DNA of 62,862 nucleotides, filler included, from Choristocarpus tenellus KU-1152 (lineage: Eukaryota; Protista; Phaeophyceae), in assembly GCA_964200185.2 (NCBI GenBank). It is 14 parts of 14 records of this genome, joined end to end, with 100 filler letters (N's around TTAATTAATTAA, not from the genome) between each part and the next. Parts side by side here need not be neighbours in the genome. Positions count along the whole stretch, not along the records: positions 50,887 to 56,537 come from CAXNAD020010133.1; positions 56,638 to 59,589 come from CAXNAD020023413.1; positions 59,690 to 62,862 come from CAXNAD020021788.1; 11 more parts are not named here. One strand, given 5' to 3'. The notes below the pieces were generated by a model, which was not told the DNA's origin, ran no database searches, and saw nothing but the letters and a program-made list of their open reading frames with translations. Shown in pieces: positions 54,078 through 62,862 of the stretch (within the stretch, counting starts at the first letter, position 1; every line of letters starts with the position of its first letter). The position numbers and the translations under genes are program-made.

Positions 54078-56728
54078 GACCTTGTCTACGTCTTGAAAAC
54101 TTCGTTTTGAGCGAGTACTTCGTTGTGACAGACAGTTCCGAGAGCTCACGAGTACTTCCTTACCATTGTTGGTCTAAAGTTGATCTTTTCAGGTCACAAA
54201 ACTCAAGGTTATCCATCTGTGACCCTGATGAACGACCCTGGGTGATGGGGATGTCTGACTTGAAAAACCCAACGGGCGATGATGAAACTGGAGGCGTTTT
54301 GTTAAAAAGCGCGCGTCAGGCACTCGACTCAATTTTCGAATCAAATCCTCATCGTAAATAAATAACATACACGAATCATACGATATTTGTGTTTGATCAT
54401 AATATGTGATGTAGAGAATGGTCGTTTTCTTCTTCTACAACCTATACAAAACTGATAGATAGAACCTCTGGTCGTTCTTGTAAGTAAACACATTCTCTGC
54501 CTTTGCTGTACAAGTACCAAGAATAGTACTACTCGAACTAACTCATAGATGGAACTCTGGTCATCTTCGTAACTTAACACATTCTCTCTACCTATCCTAT
54601 TCAAGAATAAATTATAGTACCAAATACAACAGAGAATAAGTTATAAACACTATATAACATTGTTGTTTTCTCTCATGTTTTTGTGATGTGCATTCTCTGC
54701 CTCATAAAAATACATTTCTTGTTTTTCTCTCTATCCATCCATCCATCCGCCATATTATATACTATCTTCTCTCATTATTTTTGTGGAATTCTGTCCCTCA
54801 TAAAAATACATTTCTTCTTCTTCAGTCCATTCATCCATCCATCCATCCAACCAACCACAATAACATATACCATCCTCTGATTAAAAACCGAATACTGATT
54901 ATATCTCAACTTCAACCTTCAACTGCTCCAACCAACTTTTCTCTTGATTGATGATTTCTTGTGTTACTCTCTTGATTTTATTCATTTTTACACAAACGTA
55001 TATCCAATTCCATCTGTAATGGAGAAATGTTAATGTAATCTGGGTTTTGCGGACGGGAGAATTCGGGAAAGAATGATGTATGGGAACATAGTGCTGGTTA
55101 GTGTAAAAAGAAAATATGAGGCGGACGAAGAGCTAAGTACTGGGTGGGTAGGAGGCAGAAGGGGTAGGAGAGAAGTTAAAAGAAATGAGTGGTAGGTGGA
55201 AGCATGAGGTAGGAAGGGATGAATCACAACATAATAAGGAAAACTTGAGGTTGGTGGGACAGGACAATCAGGGCTAGAACAAGGCAACCTCCAAGCAATC
55301 TTTCCCACCCACTCACCCTTTCAATTGCTCATGACCGACCTAGATGCCGGGAACAGGGGGTGGGAGGTCAAGTTCGGGCAGGGGTAGATGTCCTCTAGTT
55401 CAAAGGCACGGTATTGAAGTGGATGATGAAGGAGTTTTCTCGGATGATTGTGTAGTGGTGTTGAGAGGTGTTGAATGGTGGGGTGAGGTGGAAAGTGGTG
55501 TATGGAGTGGGAAGCGGCGTGGGGTTGAGTGGGGTTGAGTGGGGTTGAATGGTGGGGTGGAGTGGAAAGTGGTAGTGACTGGAAGCCAGTGGCGAAGGGG
55601 GTTCACCCTGGTTGGTGACAGGATAGGCTGGTGGCTGGAAATCAGTGACGGAGGGGTCGCAATGGTTGGTCAAAAATGGTGTTGCAATGAGGGGGTAGAT
55701 TATTAGGTGGAATCCAGAATTTGTGAGCAAAGCTAAATGGGCTTACCATTTCTAGTTTTTTCTTCCAAATATCTACCTACCATCATATATCTTCCAGTAT
55801 CTGGAATCTGAAAAATGTCATCACCAAGGTAGGTACAATGACAACAATAACAATAATAACAGCAGTAAGAAGGTAGTAAGTACTCAAGTAGTTTTATACG
55901 TAATAATATTTTCCAAAAATATATACTATGGTGGAAATTCTACACAATTAATTCCAAAATTATGTATCTTTTAGTTAAAAATTCTGATGGTTGTGTTACT
56001 GTTGTTTGAGACTTCAGTAGACCTCATCGGGTACATAGTGGTAAAAAGTAATTAAAGTCCCTAGTCTAATCAATTTTTCATTATTAGTCGTACTTATTCC
56101 ACACCCACAGGATGTTGAGATCGATCAACAATCAATCAACAATCAATCAACAATCAATCAACACCACCACATAGATACCACCGATCAGACTCGTACAAAA
56201 CAAATGGATTGATTTGTATATTTATTATTATGGGCTCTGACATTTTACAGATGTATCAGGGGCAAAACCAAGGAAAAACTATTCACATGTCAGAAAAATC
56301 CCGAAAGTACAAAGTTGTCACAAATGGGAAAAACATTAATCTATTTGCTATTTCACTACTATGTTGTATCACTGCCTTCCTGTCTCTCCATTCTACCTGA
56401 CCCAAAGTATCTGGGAGGGGGTGGCGGGTGTCCATTTGGGGCCAATTTTTTCATGTAGCGATTTTTGTGTGGTTAGGTTGCATACGTCGCATGGATAATG
56501 TAAGTGCACGTTTCCTAGTTATTGTCCAAATGGACACNNNNNNNNNNNNNNNNNNNNNNNNNNNNNNNNNNNNNNNNNNNNTTAATTAATTAANNNNNNN
56601 NNNNNNNNNNNNNNNNNNNNNNNNNNNNNNNNNNNNNGACAAACCCACCTAGCCACACATTGTGCACAGATAACATCAGTACGGAGGGGGAGGGTTGTCA
56701 ATAAAAGCCATGTTACTTAGAAACCCAC

Positions 56729-59060
56729 CAGTGCTGTTTCCTTAGGGTTAACACCCATTAGCTCCGCCGCACGGGCCACTGGGAACGGGTGAGGCTTGGG
56801 TGGGCCATCCTCCATACACACACACACCTTGAACAGACTTGTCAGTCTGGAAGGAAAAGAGGTATCGGAAGGGCTAACAGGTTCACTCTTCATGTGGACA
56901 ACTAGGGAGGGCTGGCGAGCACAATAGATGCAAGAAAACAAGCATGTGAAGGGAGAGGAGGGGTGCAGCAGCAACACACTTGAAATGAAATGCATGAGAA
57001 CATGCCTACCCAACAAACTTTCCAAAAACCTTGGCCAATGGATAATGCGGAAGAGCCAACAGGTTCACTCTTCATGTGGACAACTAGGGAGGGCTGGCGA
57101 GCACAATAGATGCAAGGCAGGCAATCATGCGAAGGGAGATGAGGGGTGCAGCAGCAAGACACTTAAAATGAAATGCATGAGAATGTGCCTACCTAAAAAA
57201 CTCTCCAAAAACCTTGGCCAATGGAGCTCTACCTGTGCAGAATGTCACTACGATAGTGCCAAGCACTACAAAAGCAAGACAAACATACACCATAGCATAA
57301 TGCTATTCCAGACAGGACTGACCCATGCTTGTGCAGGAAGTAGTTGCAGTCTACTCTAGGCCTCCCCGTCACTATCGCCATTCCCTTGGGCAGGCGTCGC
57401 TGCAGTTCCTCCAGCAGGGCTTTTTACACATGAGTCGGGCGTGAGAAATAGCAAAGGGTTAGCAATCGATACCCATGCAATTTGCCTGGATGAGCACAGT
57501 GGCTGCTGTTTATCAAACACACCCATCGAAGATGTCAACAGAATGTTTGGGCGGGGAAAATATAAAGAGCTGCTTGTGATAGTGCGCATTGATTGCTTGC
57601 CCAGGGCAATGAGAGGAAGGCCAGTAAACTTGCGGGGCTACACAAGTACTCCTGCTTCAAAGGGTAAAAGTTTGACCTTTCTAGGTTTGTGTAACACATT
57701 TTGCCGAGAATACAACATTTTAAACGCAGCAAAGGATGCAGACTTGCAGGTAAAATAAACAGTCTAGAATACATGGTACCTAACTAGAGACATCATGTAT
57801 AGACCGTTTATCCTACTTTATCATACCACCTCCCCCCAAAACATTACAATGTGCTATTCAAACAACTAAGTGAGAGCTCACACTGATAAAATTCCTGGGG
57901 CCTTAACTTGTTTGCATTAGTGATCCTAAAATACATCACATGTTCATGGATTTGTATAATTAAGCCTACAATAGTAGTTATACATCGGTTGCCACCACAG
58001 TTCTCTGGATTTGTATACACAAGCAAATCCACAGGGTATCAATGAGGACAAGACGCCGAGTCTTGATACGTACGTACCTCCCGAGGACAGTAACACAGGA
58101 TTGCCAGTTCCTATGTGTAGAGGTATCATACCACCTCCCCCCAAAACACGAGACCATAGCAGAAAATTGTATAGTATTTCTTAACACAAGCAATCAATCC
58201 ATCCAGGCCAATTAGAAATCTGAGAGGTGGGAGGGGAGGGAGGAAGGGGGGAGAATGAATCTGCCTTGTGTTGTTCTCACCCTTGGCGGGGATAAGGTAC
58301 TCAAGGTCTTTGAGGCCAGCGACGCCGTCCCTTCCCTGGTACAGCTCCTCAAAACGGTCTGTTACCTGCTGCAGAGTCGGCACGTCCTTACCCTTCATGG
58401 TCTTGATCAAGCTGTGGGTTAGTTTCTGTCGAGTAGAGGACACAGATAGTTGAGACGGTCCATGGAGTTGGATACAGTTGTAGTAAGTATCTAGCGTGGT
58501 ACAGCATTTGCAAAGGTAGACCAGGCATATGATCTACAGTTAACAGCTTAAGACCTTCATTTGGCTTAACCACAATCAATGCTGTCGACACTCGCAAATC
58601 GCCATCCAGAACGTCCAAGCGTTGGTCGCAGATCCCAGAACAAAGTAAGGAAAAAACGAAAAAGTACTGCTCCTCCCACGTCCTACCCAGTCATTATTCG
58701 CATTCCCCTTGATCTTGGCGTCCCTTATCTGCATTGGTGTCACAGTCACCCCCCAACTGGCAGCTGTCTGCAAAATAGCAAAAGGATTTTCGCGGCGGAA
58801 AGAGGAACGGGGTGCTAAGTCAGCATTGACTCGAACGTGTTGGCCAACAATGAAAAGTCGCAGTGCTGCAAAGTAACCACGTGCGTTTGCATGGCGTGTG
58901 TTTGGTCGCGATGTTTAGTGCCCAAACGAGACACCAGAATTTGCTGTATCGAACTCACATCAACGATGGCTTGGCGATAGGAACGAGACACTTCCGCCAG
59001 TACACCGTCCATATCGAACAAGAGGCATGTCAATAATCGACTGCTGGAGGTGGATAGCAT
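56729..59060 (-). CDS. HAD-superfamily phosphatase (TIGR01548-like, candidate histidinol-phosphatase domain), 3'-partial; exons 59060-58959, 58767-58687, 58425-58281, 57419-57323, 56846-56729
   Basis: Motif I LLFDMDGVLAEVSRSYRQAI, GNANNDW, FEELYQG, motif II MAIVTGRP, motif III MEDGPPKPHPFP. All splice phases are consistent. Confidence 0.88.
56876..57224. repeat. 182-bp tandem duplication within a HAD gene intron
   Basis: AACAGGTTCACTCTTCATGTGGACAACTAGGGAGGGCTGGCGAGC...AAACCTTGGCCAATGGA starts at 56876 and 57058. Confidence 0.92.
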
Positions 59061-59906
59061 TTGCAGGGTGCATATCAGGGGATTTGGATAAGTACGTTGT
59101 GGTACACTCGCGTTGCATTGGTGGGGAAGTTTATCATGGGAGATTATGGTATCACCACTCAACAACCCTACGATTTCAGGAGAGGCAGAATAGGCAACTG
59201 GTACTCCACCTCGAGTTCCAGTCCATGGTGTCCATCTTGTCGACGGTAACAGAAAACGTGGAAGATGGACAGCTCAACGTCTGGAACATTTGGAACCATG
59301 GACCACTAAACCACAAGGTCTCGGCAAGACGGGGGGATAACCTCCTAAAACATCATAGACCCAAAAAAAATCTACTAGAATCGAGTTACATCTAGACCAA
59401 CAAGAGGTAGACAACTTAAACATGTACCAATTATGAGTCGAGATGTTGGGATCAACATCAAATTGAAAATTCTCTAATTCGTCACTCCTTTTTTGTACAT
59501 ACCACGCCTAATCTGGATACTTGTTGGAGAATAATATAGTGGTTTCCACGCATTGTCTTATAGTATTCTTATGTTGAGGACATTTTATANNNNNNNNNNN
59601 NNNNNNNNNNNNNNNNNNNNNNNNNNNNNNNNNTTAATTAATTAANNNNNNNNNNNNNNNNNNNNNNNNNNNNNNNNNNNNNNNNNNNNGGGGTAAATGC
59701 TCACTTGTTGTTGACAATTCGTTTGTTGTGTGTTTTACATCAGGGGGATTCTTGCTGATTCAAATACATAAAGAGTTGGAGTATATGTGAAGTCTCTCAT
59801 TGTGTTGAGTGAATCACCACTGCTACTCCATGTTATTGTTATTATTGTTATTATTATTATTATTGTTATCGTTCTTGTTATTATTATTATTATTGCTGTT
59901 ACTATT

Positions 59907-60164
59907 GAGTAAAATTATCTTAGAGGGTACGAGTTTTACCCTGTTTGTCCATTTGGGGCTTGGCTTCCCATGGATTTTTTTTTTTTTTTTTCCTACTCCA
60001 AAATGTTTAGGAGTAGGTAAAATATATACGTTATGAAAAGGTGTGTCCAAAACATAGATATTGATACTTCCTAACAAATACGATAGCCAAAATGATATCA
60101 AATCGCAACATTGGATTTTGGCCCCCAAATGGACGTGGACCTACCCTCTAAGATACTTTCACTC
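59907..60164 (-). mobile_element. MITE family A copy; flanking ATT, next to a (TTA/TTG)n microsatellite at about 59831-59906
   Basis: ATT|GAGTAAAATTATCTTAGAGGG ... GATACTTTCACTC|ATT. Confidence 0.9.
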
Positions 60165-60440
60165 ATTTTTATTATTATGTGCAGTCTGATGTGACTCACC
60201 GGAAAATACATAATAACATGACAGAATTGCCAACCAGATGGGGTTTGTACTACTAGTGGTATGGTTGAGGAAGTACCCTAGTACATAGTATGATTCTAAG
60301 TGTGTTTTTAAAAACCCCATGGATTTGCATGAAGTGATTGTGAAAATGCCTGCCTGTTGTTTCCTGACTGTGGACATCATCGAAGACTCACTACTCTAGC
60401 ATTAATGATAATAATAGCGCTTTTCACTTAGAATTATAAT

Positions 60441-60614
60441 TAGGGTTAGGGTTAGCAATGCCGATGGGGTTAGGGTTTTGGGGGTTCATCTGTCTCTCGT
60501 ATCATATACTGGGATATTCATACATACATGGTAGTTGCTTCACACACTAGCCCTAACCCTAACCCTATCCTTAATGCTAGCCCTAATCCTTGCCCTAACC
60601 CTAACCCTAACCCT
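60441..60614. repeat. Cluster of interstitial telomeric repeats in both orientations (one of about 25 such sites)
   Basis: TAGGGTTAGGGTTAG at 60441, GGGTTAGGGTT at about 60468, (CCCTAA)n at about 60551 and 60593. Confidence 0.9.
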
Positions 60615-60739
60615 ATTGACCTTTCCTGTTTTGGTTGGACTACCACTGTCAATAATGTGCTGCTTGTTCATTCCATGCATTTTATGGTGTGGGTGCACCT
60701 TTCTGGGCATGGCATGGCATGGCCTACAATGGTGGACAG

Positions 60740-61745
60740 GGTCATTGACTTACGATTCTGCTACTACAAGGGATGCTCAGGCGTTGGCTTGGCTGATGAC
60801 TCAAGGCAAGTCCAGACTCCTATTATATGGGCTCAATATTGTTAATGGGGCCTTGGGGCTAACTTGTTCTGTTGTTCTGTCTGTGAGTGTTGTTGGTTTG
60901 TTATCGCTGGGAACTTTGCTCCATAGTGCTCTGTAGCGCTCTATAGTGCTTAGGCCTACTAAGGTGTGCATTATCAAACCCATTTGTCCTGTATAGTATG
61001 TGTGCATTTCTGTGTGAGATGTATTGTTTCCTCCACTCCCCCCTTCCCCCTGTAATTAGAGGCAGACACTTATTACTATATCTGTGGCATTAGGGTTAGG
61101 GTTAGTATATGAAATAAATTACTGAGGTGGTAGGTGCAGCATGTATACAGCACGTAGATAATGCAAATAAATTAAAATATGGTAATGCTGTTGTACGCGT
61201 CATATGATAGGCAAATATTATCACAACAAATATTAACACAACAAATATAATGATATATATGGTAATGTAAAAAATATAAAATTATTCGATATGTTACAGT
61301 TGTTGTGTTTGAGCGTAATAAAACAAATGGGTATTTTGTAAGACTTGAAGGACAAGATATTTTTGAGGTTGTGTAGTGAAGGAGGTTGGAAAACGAAAGG
61401 ATTGTATCCTGTATGTATCCTGTGTATATATCCTGTATGTATCCTGTTGGGTAAATGTGACAAAATGATCATATCTGGTTGTGTTTGTCCAATTGCTGCT
61501 TTTCCAAAAAGGGACTGCTTCTATTGGTCGCTTTGGTGTAGTACCTTGTCTACACTCAACGTTGTTACAACTTGAAATTATTATTTTAGATCATTATTAA
61601 AATTTTATTTATTGACATTAAAATTAATATTGATGTTAGTATTATTATTGATATTATTATTGATATTATTTGTTTGCTTTAAATGAAACGAGGCTGATGT
61701 GAGAACTCTCTCACACGGAGGGGTTCACCACACAGGCTGTTACCC

Positions 61746-61777
<32 letters not shown>

Positions 61778-61996
61778 TTTATTATTTTTGATACTACTAC
61801 AATTACTATTCATATGTATTTTTTTTTTAGGGTGTCAGCAAACGGTGGTGTCAGAGTATACGCACACATCTCTCTCCAAGGGACAACAAGACGCTCTCGT
61901 GGAGGCGTTTGGTTCGCTTGAAAAGATGGACCACAACGGAGCCGTGTTGGGAACAGTTTTGCTACAGAGCAATGAGAGGGTCGCTGGAATGTCCAG
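60740..61996 (+). CDS. Unknown protein fragment; exons 60740-60805 (GC donor) and 61831-61996
   Basis: SLTYDSATTRDAQALAWLMTQ-g|gcaagt joins in phase 1 to ttttag|gg-CQQTVVSEYTHTSLSKGQQDALVEAFGSLEK..MS|gtagga. Confidence 0.5.
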
Positions 61997-62763
61997 GTAG
62001 GATCTTGCTGACCATTTTTGTGATGAGGAGAAGAGAAGTAGAGGGTCGCTTGTTTTTTGGGGGGTGTTACTATTGGTAGTGTGGCGGTTGTATGTGTTGA
62101 GGAGTCTCCTTGTCCTCTTTTGGCGCCTTTTCTTGAGAAGAACATTAGTCTCGTATTGGGTGAATGGTGTTTGCCTCCTCTGGTAAGCCCCTTCCTTGTA
62201 CTCTGGGGAGAGGTATCTACCCCTGTTGTTTATATTGTTGTGAGATTTCATGTCCTTGATCTGGCGTTTTTTTGTGTGTTTGGGATATCTTTGATGTGTA
62301 GTGTTGAGTCCCTGCTCACCATCTAAATGCCAGGGTTCCTCCTCTTGGCCTTAATTTATTTTAAAGCACACAAGTTTTTTTTTTTTGAAGTCCTATATTT
62401 AAATATTCATTATAAATTATATATTTTTATTTTTTCCCGCTAAGAATTGTGTTTTGCCACCCCCATTTTAAATACAACATGTTTCAACTGTTTGAACAAA
62501 TACCCGGTTATTTTTAACTATTTGTTGAAATCTTCACCGTACTATTTTTATTTTTATGTTTATGTTTATGTTATTTTTATTTGTGTTACGTTATTTACAC
62601 AGGTTCTTCGTTTTGATCTATTTCATGTATGTTATTTTTATATATTATTTTTTATCCTTTGCGCTACCAATGATACATATTATTTTACTATTTCTAATGT
62701 GACTGTTTTCCAGTATGTATCTTACTTAACAAGAAAAAGGAGGTTATTCCTAGTAGCATTGTT

Positions 62764-62862
62764 TTGTTTATATACATGTATGGTTGTTTATATACATGTA
62801 TGGTTGTTTATATACATGTATGGTTGTTTATATACATGTATGGTTGTTTATATACATGTATG
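62764..62862 (+). repeat. 20-bp minisatellite (TTGTTTATATACATGTATGG)n, about 5 units, running off the window
   Basis: Perfect tandem copies containing the palindrome ATACATGTAT. Confidence 0.95.

Noticed and set aside
56876-57224. Repeated-domain 143-aa ORF
   Set aside because: It is a by-product of an intronic 182-bp tandem duplication, antisense to the HAD gene.

Overview
Eukaryotic, intron-rich DNA, not a prokaryotic locus. The window is 14 short, unrelated contigs joined by an artificial 100-nt linker (N44-TTAATTAATTAA-N44), so adjacency across linkers has no meaning. Plastid sulfolipid and sulfur genes, a flagellar DRC1 and TTAGGG repeats point to a photosynthetic, flagellated stramenopile, probably a brown alga or close relative (inference). 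I reconstructed these spliced partial genes by hand: UDP-sulfoquinovose synthase (SqdB/SQD1), ferredoxin-sulfite reductase, a kinesin-4 tail with a SAP domain, DRC1, an R1R2R3-MYB, a TIGR01548-like HAD phosphatase, and several unknown proteins. There is also one tRNA-Pro(AGG). Non-coding DNA holds three related MITE families (shared AAAGTATCT terminal core, mostly 4-bp TSDs, Sola-like) and a fourth hairpin-ended repeat. The most notable signals are: (1) about 25 short interstitial (TTAGGG)n tracts, including in-register telomeric insertions visible by comparing MITE copies, suggesting telomerase-templated insertion at internal breaks; (2) an apparently high rate of GC-AG introns and AAG acceptors; (3) the kinesin-4/SAP architecture.
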